From Dimorphilus gyrociliatus (lineage: Eukaryota > Animalia > Annelida): a DNA stretch of 64,000 nucleotides. Below the pieces are notes generated by a model. It worked only from the letters and a program-made list of their open reading frames with translations. It was not told the origin of the DNA and did no database searches. The stretch is from NCBI GenBank assembly GCA_904063045.1, contig CAJFCJ010000011.1, forward strand, positions 620,001 to 684,000. Direction: 5' to 3'. Position 1 is the stretch's first letter. Each line of letters opens with the position of its first letter. Made by a program: the position numbers and the translations under genes. Below, in pieces: positions 24,301 to 36,968 of this stretch.

Positions 24301-25928
24301 TATTTTTGTATATAACTAGTTTAAACTGAAAACAAATGTCTACTTACCACCTATTGATTTAGCCACATCTTCACATTGTTGTCCTCCAAGTCCATCAGGA
24401 CAGCGACACTTGGAACAGTCGTTAGGATCCGGATATCCCCCATATTTGCAATCAAGTTTCTTATTTCCACACGAGTCTATTAAATTGTTCGAATTTTTTA
24501 CTAAATGACTCATATGACTTTATCATACAAACTTTTACAATAAACTTCATTTATTAATTTTGAATCAAGAAAAGACAATCCAACTAGCTGACCTATTGTT
24601 TTATCAAATATAGGGTTGTGAGGAGCGATTGTTTTTTTATGTTTTCCACCAACCTGTAAGATATTTTGTATAATTTTTAGATAAATAAGATTCATAGGAA
24701 AACGCCCTATTTATTCATTCTTTGATTTCTATTTTTTTCGTTTTGAATTTCATAAATTATATTTATATTTTGGTGTAACTATTTATAGAAATATAGAAAA
24801 TATTTAAATTCTTACATAGGCTCCATAATGCATCAAAGAGGCGTAGTCATAAGGAACTAGATCGTCCGTATCTTTTTTAAGAATAATTTGATAGAAAAGG
24901 GATTCATCTGGATAAAAATTTTTCTGTCGAATTTCTACATAATCATCTCTATCATTTCTTTGATGTTCATGCCAGAAACCAACCGCATGTCCTATTTCAT
25001 GAGCTAATCTTGGCCAATCATTTAAACAAGGTTCGGAAAGGCTCAAGTATTGACCCTCCTGAGAATTACCATATATATTGCCAACATAAGAGGAGCATCT
25101 GTTATATGAAAACTCCTATGAAAATAATATAAAAGGCTAAGGGTATCAAATAAAATACTAAAAGGTTAAGGGATCTCGACTATAAAAAAAATTAGATATT
25201 TCTTACCCATTAGAAAATTCTAAATTTAAGAATTCGTCATGTTTTTCATATTCTTTGACTTCTTTAAATCTCAAACAGGTTTCGTTTTCCCAATGCTTGA
25301 ACGCGGTTTTTAAGTTCACTGTATGTTTTTCGTTTCCCGCTATATAAAAAGAATTGCGCGTTTTTATCAGCAAGTTATTGTAAACACTGACAAAAACTTA
25401 CTAATTTTTTTTGATACATAATATTTAATTGGAAGTTTCCATAGTTTAGCTTCATGACCCAGTTTTAATGCCTTTCTTTTATGCCTTGTTTTTTTTAATT
25501 CATTTAGTACAAACTTTGCTTGTTCTCGGGTCAACTTAATGTCGCCGTCGATCGTATCATCACCCTCATAATAGTATCTTTTTAACTGAGAATAATAGAG
25601 AAAAGCAAATATTTTTGAATATGAAGGAAAAATGAGCAACGATCAGGCTTCAAGGACAATGAGAAGCAGGATAGTCATAAGAAAAGAATTTACTTACAAT
25701 TTCCAGTGGAACACCGAAAAATTGACTCTCAATTTTACGTATTTCTTCAACATCATTTTTCATCAGAGGATCAGGAACTCTTCCTATCGGAAGATTCTGT
25801 TGTTGAAGAGTTAAACATATTTAGGGCTCTACAAAAGTAGGAGACAAATTATTTCTACTCACGTTTGAAAAATCTATTACATTACATAAAAATACTAGTT
25901 TCAATGCGTATCCAAAGAATATACACAT
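21364..25928 (-). CDS. Astacin (M12A) metalloprotease A: signal - propeptide - astacin - EGF - CUB - VWA - Ser/Thr-rich linker - MAM
   Basis: HEIGHAVGFWH zinc motif (24969-25001), Met-turn SLMHY, prodomain DGDI, furin site RHKR, EGF CKYGGYPDPNDCSKCRCPDG, CUB (SPNYG..ECNWRI..WVEIK), VWA (DILYLLDSTKS..RLGVISF..IDG), MAM (CSFE..C..DKFDW..GP..FYLYIEA..CLEFMYNMYG..GDIAID). Introns checked are in frame. Confidence 0.9.
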
Positions 25929-26431
25929 GTTTTCAGGAATTCGAAGTTTCTAATCTCTGTTGGCTGAAAAACGACATAATATAATGCACACAAGTTTTGG
26001 CCTACTTCATTGAAGAGTTGCTACCTGCTTTGCTGGGTGCGGTAAACGATCTTTGTCAATGGCCTCCTCCTCATTCACATTCTTTTGTAGGCCTCCAATG
26101 TGTTTCCTATATTTCCAATTAAACCTTATTTACTCAACCATATACCTTGGAAGATTTATTTATTTCACGAATACCCTTTATATCATTCAACGCTATAACA
26201 AGTAAACATTTAACTCGTAAACATTGCTCCGGAAACTGTTCAAATTCTCATAAAACCTTCATTATTCGCATTTGCAAAACTTTTTATTGAAAGAATTTAT
26301 ACAATTTGATTCACAAAAAAACAAAGTATTAACATAGATTAACAAATAATTCAGTTTGTCAACTTCAATTTTTAGATAACTCTAACATACTCTTCCACAG
26401 TTGATCAAAAGTAAAAGGTACAGTTGAAGGT

Positions 26432-29400
26432 TTACTCTGGAAGGCAAAATCTGGCTTCTTTTATCAATACACCAGAACAACAAGCTGGGCATGGCCTATT
26501 GAATAGAAAAACTCAATAGATACAATATAAATAAATATATACTGTAAACATGTAAAGATTTAATATCTATTCCATCATGTATTTTATAATAATTTTTCTT
26601 AGATTATATATTATTTTAATATTTTGACTTACGATCGAATAACTTTTCCAAAAAAGGAGAATTCAATGAAATCAGATTCCGAACAACTATTTAGGCAGCT
26701 GCCTGTCTCGGATAATAGAATCCCAGGAGGTGGATAGGGTAATGAAGAACATCTAGAAAAATTTTCATTAAATATGTAAAATAAAAAGAATATAGATGAG
26801 AATTTTTCTTATCTTCTCATTTAACCTGTCTCTTGTAATTGGATAGAATCTACTCACAATTTTCCATCACAAATACGATAACGTGTTCTGACAGCACACC
26901 CGCCGCAATAACATCCTTTCTTCTTTCCACACTCATTGTCCCATTCTCCCCAAGTTATAAAGAAAGGCGTATAAACTATAACATATAGAAATAATAATGA
27001 ATAATAGAATATTCGTATTCAAATTCAGATCTAACATGGATTATTCAAATGATCCAACGAAGGTCGCTTACTGCTAGTCTCATCTATCTGCGTTGGTTTA
27101 GATGAAATTGAATTTCTACTTGTGCTCACTTGCTTTTTCGTTGAGTTTTCAGGTTCAGCTGTTGACTTATTTTCAACTGTAACCAAAGCTTTTAATGTTG
27201 AAATTTTTGATGAGATTTTCTTTGAAGGGAAAGAACTTGTTAAATAAAGTTGCGAAACGGTTGAAGTTTCTTCCGTACTAGTTGATAAGTCCATTGTTGA
27301 TGGTTTAATTCTCTTCGTAGGAAATGGAATTTTTGAACTGAAAATTGGCCTTACCGAGGAAAAACGAGATGTTGTTAACTCCTCTTTAGTAGTTTTTTCG
27401 GTAGAAGTTGATAAACTTGTTGTAGATTCTCTCCTAACATAAGTCTTTGGTACACTTGAAACTTTCACTCGAAATCCTTTCCAAATCTCGTCAGCCTTTG
27501 GTTGCACAGGATGTTTAGAAGCAAAAGATATTAACATTTTATTTGTCTCGGAGAGCATATGCTCCTTAGGTCTAGTACCACAGCAGAATCTGTAGCCGTT
27601 CAAACGAAAGTCACGTTTATGTTGAACTTCTACCCAGTGATAGCACGTCGGGGATTCGCAATATATGCCAAACTCCCCTTCAAATACAAGTAAAATTTTA
27701 CGATTTTTTGGGGCAGTAATAAGCCAACTACAATCTTCATCTAATGAATAATTTTTTCCAGTTTTGTAATTTGGCGACTGAATTATCCTTTGTCCATAGT
27801 TGGAAAGATGAATAGTTCCTCCACATCTCTCTTTATAGGAATCTCATATCAATAAAATATGGCATAATTAATTTACCATTAAGTTACCTGTTCCTAAACC
27901 CATTGTGCATTCTTTACCAGTTAACCCATGAGGACACTTACATCTATAACAGCTATTAGGATCCTGATAACCTCCATTAGCGCAAACAGGTGAGGGTATG
28001 TTTTGGCAAATATTATTGCAATATGCTTTATTTATTGCCAAAGCATCAAGGAAGGATAAATGAACTCTTTGTCCAATATTTCCTTGATAATTCTTGTCAT
28101 GTGTTTTAATCGTATACTTGTTGTTTATCGAAGACCCCTGAGGAAAGAGTTTTTATTTTATTTATTTACCGGCATTCCAAAAATCTATTTACCCTTGAGC
28201 TATAGTGCATAACACTGTTAAAGTCATATGGGATACCATATGTATTCATATAATTTGGGGATCTTTTTCTAAAGTTGATTAAATTTCCTGGATCTACATG
28301 ATCAGTTTTAATCGTAACATATTTATCTCGATCATAGCGTTGATGTTCATGCCATAGTCCTAGAGCATGTCCTATTTCATGTATCGGCACCCCAAGCTAG
28401 GTATATAAAACAGAGTATTTCTAAGATCTCTTTTTTACAAGTACATGATAAAATCTACGTAGACTTACGAGAGAGAGACATTTATTAGCTATTGGCAAAT
28501 AGATGATATCTGCGTCTTCTCCTCGTCTACCTACACTTGCCCTACACCTAAATATTATAAAAAGGGCCAGGTTTAGTATAAATTTCAATCAGTAATATTG
28601 CATATCAACAAAAAATTAATGTATCAATCAATTTTCTAAACCCAGCCCTCAGTAAGTTTACAAAAAAACTAACCTTACGAAGGCAAACAAAATTCAGTCT
28701 TATAGCTTGGCCGCCATTTGGCCGTGCCTTTCCAACAAACGATTGGCACCTATTATTCGATTAGTAGTGAGTTCAATTAGTGAAGAGAGCGAGAGTTAGA
28801 ATTTATATTAGTCTTAGGTTTATCAAGTAAAACAAGGATAGATTTAACTGCTTAAGATAGACATAGATAATAACTTACCCGAAGCCGAAGTTTGCAAATA
28901 TTAAATGAGGAACTTTTCGGTTGCTGTCTTTCTTCATTTGTTGAAATCGAACGCAAGTTTCGTTTTCCCATTGTTGAATAGCCATTTCAATGACATCCTT
29001 CTCATATGAAACTGAATTTAAAAAATATTATAAAAGACATAAAAAAGAGAATAGAGAAATGTTGACATGATCTTTTCTCTGTTGAACAATAAGAAAAAAC
29101 AGCATAGTTCAATAAATTTGTTTTAATGCGTAACTTACCATATCCTTCATATCTGTACTGAATTGGTAATTTCCATTTTTTATCTGCTGATTTTTCAAAA
29201 TTTTCTACCTTTCTCCTCTTTCTTCTGTTGTCTGAAAGAGGTCTTTCGATTTCATCAATGAACTGCTTAGCTTGCTCATTCGTCAAAAGGATGTCACCAT
29301 ACTCTTCATTATAATCCGTCACCAAATCGTCATGCACGAAAGATTGCGATTTATCTCTTTTCTAAAGAGTATTCAAGTCTTTGTCATAAACCCCGCAAAA

Positions 29401-29645
29401 TAAGTTTATATTACTTACCGTTTTTAAAACCGATTTCAAATTTTTCCATAAATCACAAGATAGTCCATTACACTGCAACTGGTTTTTAATATAATCTTTG
29501 TCCAAATCACTTATAACATCACGACTTGGAAAAGTGCAGATAAGCGGCTGTTTAAGTTATAGAAGAAGAGATCTCTGTGAATCGAATATAGAAATATAAA
29601 GAAAAAATATACCAAGCAAAATAAAAACAGAAGATAAATTGCCAT
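26432..29645 (-). CDS. Astacin (M12A) metalloprotease B: signal - propeptide - astacin - EGF - CUB - Ser/Thr-rich linker - TSP1-like Cys-rich C-terminus
   Basis: HEIGHALGLWH (28349-28381), SVMHY, YGDILL, furin site RRKR, EGF CANGGYQDPNSCYRCKCPHG, CUB, WGEW..CGGCAVRTRYRIC, terminal PCPACCSG..C. Signal peptide MAIYLLFLFCLPLICT. Confidence 0.9.
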
Positions 29646-30154
29646 GAAGAGAGGAAGTTGAACTGAATATTAAAATCCTACGCGATGAGACAGCCCAGTG
29701 ACAGTCGTTTCTACATAATCCTATTTATTTAGGTTAGCAGGCCTAAAACATCCTACAATATAGAAAGTCATACAAATGAAAATTTTAATTGAACGAACTG
29801 AACTTGTGAAGAGTGAGCAACTGAATGTCAAGTAAGAAAATGTTTTATAAATTTTATTTCTAATTGAGGCCTACAAACCAGAAATGCAGGTCACGACGTG
29901 TCTTTGTCCGAATAATGATTACAGGGTTTTGAAAACGGGTGCAACCAAACAAAGAACCTACGTGAAATGATTTGAAAGAATGAAGAATAAAAGTTACAGA
30001 AAATTTCAAAAGTAAAGCTCAAGAGAAATAGGTGAATTTTGATATTCCAAAGGCATTCCTATAAATTTGGTATTCTAATCAGTTCACCAAACTTCCACTT
30101 GAATCAAAATAAATAAAACAATTGACGTCAGATGGCGTAGCAAGATATTTATTG

Positions 30155-31558
30155 TTATAGTTCGTCTTTTCTCGTAATATGTTTTGCTTTAAACGGCCAT
30201 AAAGTATGTTCCTTCTGCTTTGCATCGAAGAAGATTATATCTCCATTTTCCTCCTCTATTACATCGCTTTGCCAACTTGTTGGTTTAAAAAAAGCAAAAA
30301 TCCCTTCGACGTCTTCACTTATAATCATTCTTAATGATTCGTATATAAGTAACGAATTCTTTCCTAATACTAAACTCTCGGTGGAATCAGAACTTCTTAT
30401 TTTAATGATTTTTTCATGGTTCTCTTTATAAAGCAGTGCCGTGAAAACTTTATCTGTTGCTTTAATATTTGTTTCGGTAAATCCAATAAGCTCTACATCA
30501 CATTGACAAAAGCTCATTATAAGAGGTGTTAAAAATTTGTTTATTTCTGTCGAACTATCGTCAGAGTTTAAATTTTCCATCTGAACTAAATCTGTGAGAG
30601 GAGTTGGTGTTTTTGTTTGCACAAAGCCAATCGAATGAAATTCAGTTACTATTTCAGGTAATTTCATTTCAATAATTTTTTGGATAAATATCTTCTTTAA
30701 ATATTCTCGAGAAAAAGCATAATTTTCGTTTAAGGTTTCAAAAAGCGACGATTGATATGAAACACTTCTCCGATGGGTTCTAACAGTATTATTTCCCATG
30801 AAAATTTTCTTATGGTCAGTAATGTATTCACCGGTAATGAAGATATTCTGTTTTCCTCCGATCGCGAAATAAAATACTGATCCAAACTTGCAATTTAATT
30901 TTAGACTCCTTCCGGGATCAACTAAATACAAGTTATTAGTTTTGACGTCAGATTGACCCTCGCTCTTTGGAATTTCGATTTGAGCCATTTCGTCTTTTCC
31001 TTTACCTTTACCTTTACCTTTACCTTTGCCTTTGCCTTTTCCTCTCCTTCCCTTGGATAAAACCAATTGAACTTTCAACTGCTCATTGTAACTGTTAAAT
31101 ATTTCAATCTTGAAGTCCAAGTTGCTCCAGAACCAATCGTAGAAAAATTGCTTATCATCATTTCTCCATCGAGAGGATATCATGCCGGGCATTGAGCCCT
31201 TGGAGAAAAACAGTCCCTCAGTACAGGATTCCACGCGATAAATCGAAAATAAATTTTTTTCTACTGTCCCCCTCTGGATGGAGAAAATTTCTTTATGAAT
31301 CAATATGTGAAGATACGGATCTTCGAGGTAATGCTCTGTAACACTTGCTATTTCTTTCAAGTCATAGTCACACTTTTCTCTAACGAAAATAACAAGTGTA
31401 TGTCTTTCTAGTTCTTGATTTCCATCCCACAAAATTTTTTGCAAATGTTCATTAGAAAAGATGTATCTTGCCACATCACTTAACTTTTCCGGTCGCTTCT
31501 GTCTGTCTTGATCAGATAGTGCTAATAAATATAGCAGAAAAACGGACCGAAAGAGCAT
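30155..31558 (-). CDS. Intronless ER-luminal protein (signal peptide plus C-terminal KDEL); probable thioredoxin-like + beta-sandwich + degenerate 2OG-Fe(II) oxygenase-like domains
   Basis: ATG 31558 starts MLFRSVFLLYLLALS and the ORF ends ...TRKDEL*. The domain assignments come from remembered motif resemblance only (see findings). Confidence 0.75.
   Translation of the reverse strand: MLFRSVFLLYLLALSDQDRQKRPEKLSDVARYIFSNEHLQKILWDGNQELERHTLVIFVREKCDYDLKEIASVTEHYLEDPYLHILIHKEIFSIQRGTVEKNLFSIYRVESCTEGLFFSKGSMPGMISSRWRNDDKQFFYDWFWSNLDFKIEIFNSYNEQLKVQLVLSKGRRGKGKGKGKGKGKGKGKDEMAQIEIPKSEGQSDVKTNNLYLVDPGRSLKLNCKFGSVFYFAIGGKQNIFITGEYITDHKKIFMGNNTVRTHRRSVSYQSSLFETLNENYAFSREYLKKIFIQKIIEMKLPEIVTEFHSIGFVQTKTPTPLTDLVQMENLNSDDSSTEINKFLTPLIMSFCQCDVELIGFTETNIKATDKVFTALLYKENHEKIIKIRSSDSTESLVLGKNSLLIYESLRMIISEDVEGIFAFFKPTSWQSDVIEEENGDIIFFDAKQKEHTLWPFKAKHITRKDEL
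30999..31040 (-). repeat. 6-bp coding repeat encoding (KG)7
   Basis: ccttt(a/g/t) x7, translating GKGKGKGKGKGKGK. Confidence 0.9.
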
Positions 31559-32098
31559 TCCTAATACTTTCCCTATAGTTCTTTTCTCGATCAATAGTAC
31601 AAATCATGTATTTACTATACGAGTTACGGTAACCCGTAGGAAACTAAATAGCTTTTGTGGGCAAGAAAAAGGTTGCACAACAGAAATTCAAGTTTCTTAA
31701 TGAAGAGTTTAATTTCACAGTAATTAATAAGTAAACAAATATCCAAAAATACAATCAAGAAAAATTATGTTCTATATAGTTTGTTCGAATTGCTAAAAAT
31801 GCAAATAATTAAGAAAATCATGATAAAAAATATTCTACATTTATTGCCTAGTCAGCTCATTCAATATAAAAATAGCCAATCCTTTTTTAATTGTCAGTAT
31901 GACATAGTAGGTAAAATGAAAACCATTTCACCAGTTAAAGTTTTATTAACTTGCACTTTTTCGACATTTATAGATAACAGCAGACAAGAAATAGAAAAGA
32001 TATAATACAGTTGCACGCATTTAATTCTACCCACAAGAAAAGCCTTTTCCAATGGCACAATAATTTGATTTGTTAGAGACGGAAATCCATTTTCATTA

Positions 32099-34993
32099 TC
32101 AGCATTTTTCCTCATGGGGTGTTATGTTAGTAATATTTGAGTTTAAATTACGCTTTAGACCCTCAAAATCGTTTAGAGAATCTTTTTTAATATCCAGTTC
32201 GAGTAATTTAGTCATTGCTTTATGGGACGGAAGAAACATGTCAGCCCTACCGTGATAAATACTTTCTTTAGTTTTAGTGTTAAAAAAATATTCCTTCCTG
32301 TGCGTCTTACTGAATTGCATTGTCCAATGTTCGTTCATTATTGGAACAAATAATATACCGGACAATGCTGAAAAATAATCGGAATTGTCTTGGGGTATAC
32401 ATGGACGATATTCCTTAACAGTTTTCATAAGTATCCATGTAACATCTTTAAGTATTTCACCTGCTCTCTCACATTTTTGTAACTTAGGGGGCCGTATAGT
32501 TATCAAGTCCGGTCTAGTTTTCATTTCTATACACGAGCAAAACTTAACAATTTTTTGAACTCGGTCATTGTAGTGATATGAGTGAATATCCTGGCCATTT
32601 AGAACTATAGCATCGATAACATGAAACGCCTCCTGTTTCCTCTGACCTTTAGATTGACCTTTCACTTCTTGGCAGAAACTTCCTATCAAAATTGTTTTCT
32701 TGGGTATATTCAACTTATCTCTTCGTTGTTTTTCTGAATAATATTCGTAAACATTGCTTTTACCACCACTTACGAGATATACAATTCTCTCGCCACAAAA
32801 TGGCACGCAACGCCAATTATAGGAATTTTTCAAAAGAGACTGAAGGTCGCTAACGTTAACTTTTTTTTGAAATTCTAAACTCAGCTCTGTTATTGGTAGG
32901 TTTGATAAACATAACTTTTGAATATCCGCAAATAAAGTATTTCGAGAAAGATTAGGTCTTGGTTCATTAGGAACTTTCCACGCTTTTAAGCATTCTAAAC
33001 GAACATCCACTTGACGAGAATCGATTAACGTACTATTGGTATTATTAATTTTAAAGTGAATAGTTGATATTAAAATTTCTGAATTACATACACGTTCTGA
33101 GAAAATACTCGAATTTTTTCTAGTGCCTTAATTTGTCTCTTTCCTAATCTGAAAATACAAACACAATCAAAAGGAGTCTCTATTTGAAATTATCATTTTA
33201 CTTACTCATTATTACTGTCTTTAATATAGCTGTAAAATTCTTGATCTCCTGTTATAATTTCAAAAGGAACTATTTCTTCAACTGATGTGTCAGCTTCAAG
33301 TTCTTCTAGAATTTTATTTATAACACACATGTAGTCATAAATTTTTTTCACATTTTCACCTGATTTTAACCCATTGCAAACAATATACCGTTCGGAATTA
33401 GCGGGTCTACTTGTTACGGGCTTGAAAATTAATATTCTCTGGAACGACTGTCTCATCAAATATATCAAACCAACACTAAAACTTGTAAAAATGTCAAATA
33501 TTTTGCAAACGAAATTTCCTCCTGCAATGTAATAAGTTAAAACGTTTATTATCAAATCTTAATACTATCTTACCAGGTCTCAGTATACTCAAGGCAACAG
33601 CAAATTGACACAAGTACAATCGTTTTGAGAGAATCTCTTGAATATTCTCCTGTCCTTCAACGGAGAATCCCTTTTGTAAAAAAGTTTTTAATAAATGAAA
33701 AAAAGAGCCATTTTTATGATGCTCACTCCATCAGCCATAACAAAATGAACTCCCCTATTCTTTGTACTATTCATCACAAATTTTTTAAACGCCTCTTGAT
33801 TATCACTTTTATAAATATCCCCATCTCCATCTGTTTCATTGACTCCATAATGTGCTTCAAACATTTCTTGTGAACCCGACCTAAAATCGTACAGCTTAAA
33901 ATCATTTGCTCCCTCTTTCAAGGTAAATCCAAATCCTACGAAAGACACATAAAATATAAACAACGATTATTATTTCTAATAAGGAGTCAAACCCTTAGCG
34001 AAATGCTTAGTAGATCTCCAGAGTACGTATTCACTAAAACCTCCCGGACCGGCACATATATCAGAGAAATAGAGGGGTTCGTCTTGCTTTATCAGACTCT
34101 GGGTCATAATTTGCATTAGTCTTAAGAAATAAGTGTACTCAAAATTCTAACTTCGCCTTTATCATCCTGAGGATCAGTAAACATGTAATTTAACACTGCA
34201 TCCATGTTTGCCATTTTCATTGCTGCACGGTTCAAAAATATTCCCCCTTTAATTGATTCATATGGATTGGAACGAGTTCTGGCTTGCCGCATTTCCTCTC
34301 CTTCGAGGTTGTCAAAGACTGACTATAATATATTTTAGTACAAATCATGTTATGTCCCAGAGAAATCCTTACCTTGCATTTCAAAACCTGATCTAATACT
34401 TCCCTATCAACGAACTTGTCTTCGTCAAATAGAGACAGTTTCTTAGGATTGGTTTTTAACCACTCTTGTTTCATTTCTTCTAAGTCAATGGATGCTTCTG
34501 ATGCGTTTTGTAACCAATCTATCGCCTCCTGAACTTGTGCCTAAAATGACAAAGTAATTTTATTACATAGGTAGCTAAAATGTTGCAGATGAAAGACCTC
34601 TTGTTCAGTGAAATCCCAAGTAGCATCAGGAGCACTTTCTAATCCTTGCGGCATTGATAAACCCAAACCTCTTCTGCCTCTCTGCTTAGAGCTCTCGACA
34701 ATTTCTTTTCTCCCCTGACCACGAGACCCTAATCCTTTATCAGGCTCAAAACCCATTTTAGTCATCATCTTAAGCGTTTTTTCATCATAATTTTTGGAAA
34801 ATTTTTTCAATAAATCATCAGGACGATCGTCTTCCAGCCTACGCTTAAGATTGGGTCTTGCCATTGCATTCGAGGTCAACTTATTTTCAGGCTCTTCATC
34901 AGAATCTTAAAAAAAGTATAATTATTAATCACAAAATATCGCCCATCCATAGAACCAACCACTTGACAATTTATGTACTTCATTTGAAGTCAT
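32099..34993 (-). CDS. CMTR1: Cap-specific mRNA (nucleoside-2'-O)-methyltransferase 1, multi-exon
   Basis: G-patch ([24 protein letters not shown]), FtsJ-type MTase ([44 protein letters not shown]), C-terminal GTase-like region and WW-like [16 protein letters not shown]. Confidence 0.95.
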
Positions 34994-35682
34994 TATGTTT
35001 TTTGGCTTATATGCTTTCCAGTAAATACGTCGTCTGCAGCTACTAAAGTTTAGTTTCGAGTGAGTATAAAGTATCGATTATTAATGTTTTGTTCATGGAT
35101 TCTCCAAAACGAAGAATAGCGCACTCTACCAGTTTCCCAGAAACTTTCCTTCGATAACGAGATTTTTAATTTAAAATAATTTACAGAATTAAGGGGAAAT
35201 GCGATGTATTATTTAGAACAAATGCAATTAAAAATAAAACAAACAACTGAAGAATGCAGAGACATAAAATTCAAACATTGGCAAAACGGAAGCAACAGCT
35301 TGATTTCCGTTAGTTTTATATAAAAACAAAAGTAGCTTGTTTTTAATTATTATATGGGTGGTTATAAAGCTGAAGCTTTCTTTTCAAACCCTTTGTAATC
35401 AGATATAAGTTACTTTTAAGAATAACTTTTCATCTATTACAAGCTCGATTTGCCCTTTACCTATACCCGTTATTATTTCGTATTCCGAAGTATTACAACA
35501 AAAAAGGAACTGATTGTAAATAATCATATTTAAAAGATAAATAGTAATAAAAATATTGATAAATAGCATCTAGTAATCCTACCTTTTTAATAAGTAGTTC
35601 GTATAATCATCAGGCATTAAGAGACAACTTATCTTTCATTGGACGATAATATAGGATTAAGACTCACGTGCAATCTGGCTCA

Positions 35683-36754
35683 ATGTCATCCGTTAAATTA
35701 TTATGTGAGAAAGTTCTCCCTCGATTTTCACAACGGCATATTAATTTAGCATTTGCGTATGGGTCTGGTGTTTTCCAACAAAACAATCAAGCACCACTCA
35801 GTCAACAAATGCTAGATATCATATTAATAGTTAGCGATGCCAAGGCCTTTCACAAAGAAAATTTGGATAGAAATAGGAAAGATTATTCTTTTTTGAAATA
35901 TTTTGGAGCAGATAAAATAAGTCATATTCAGCAAAATTATGGTGCAAAAGTTTTTTTTAATACCCTTGTCCCCATTGGAAATAAACGAATGATTAAGTAC
36001 GGTATTATTCAAACTGATGACCTTCTACGAGATCTTTTTGATTGGGAGACTTTATATATAGCAGGAAGACTACATAAACCAGTTCTCATGTTAAACGATC
36101 CTGAAGATTATATAGAAGAAGCTTTAAAAAGTAATTTAAAATCAGCTCTTAATTCTGCAACCCTGCTGCTACCTAGAATATTCGATGAAATCACTTTATA
36201 CAAAACTATTGCAAGCCTTAGCTATACGGGAGATTTCCGCATGGTTGTCGGAGAAGATCGAGATAAAATTGAAAACATTGTACGCCCAAATTTTGTTCAC
36301 TTTCAAAAATTGTATCAAAATCTTATAGAGAAAGATGACAATTTAAACTTATCAAATGGCATGATTGAACAGAACTTGGAATCATCAGTTGTTTGTAATA
36401 GGTACAGTTTTACAGTTTCTATAATTTCAAATAATTAGCATCACTAATAACAAATTAAACTCAATTTTTTTTCCTTTGATTAGGCTCATAAGCTTACCTA
36501 GGAAATTAGCCAGAACTCTTGTTTTGAAAGATGGCAAAAGACAAGTAAATAAAGATATAGAGGATATTATGTGTGACTTAATGTATGGTTATGAGATCGA
36601 GAGTGAGGTTAGATCAGCCGTTAAAAAAATAGTTTCAAGGACGAGCTCCTCACAAAGTGTCAAAGGAATATTCAGCGCAGGAATGTTAAAGAGTTTGAAA
36701 TACAGTGGAAAAAAACTTAACAAATGGCTTAAATCAATCTATCGTTCTTCATAA
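35683..36754 (+). CDS. TAMM41: Mitochondrial phosphatidate cytidylyltransferase TAM41; one intron ~36402-36483
   Basis: AFAYGSGVFQQ, GAKVFFNTLV..IKYGII, DWETLYIAGRLHKPV, SYTGDFRMVVGEDRDKIENIV and QSVKGIFSAG are Mmp37/Tam41 motifs. Confidence 0.96.
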
Positions 36755-36968
36755 ATAAATTAATTTATTATAAACCAAAAGCCATTTGCGTTGTATGAAT
36801 ATACTTTTATTCGGTAATAGAAGAATATGTTTGAATTTAGTACTTCGTACAAAAATTACAACGGCGGCCTCTACAAACCGGAAACGGAAACTCCTAAAAT
36901 CGTGTGGAGCCCATACCGCAAAGATTCTCAAACGACTTTGACTACACATCGTCCAAATATAAGCTAAC

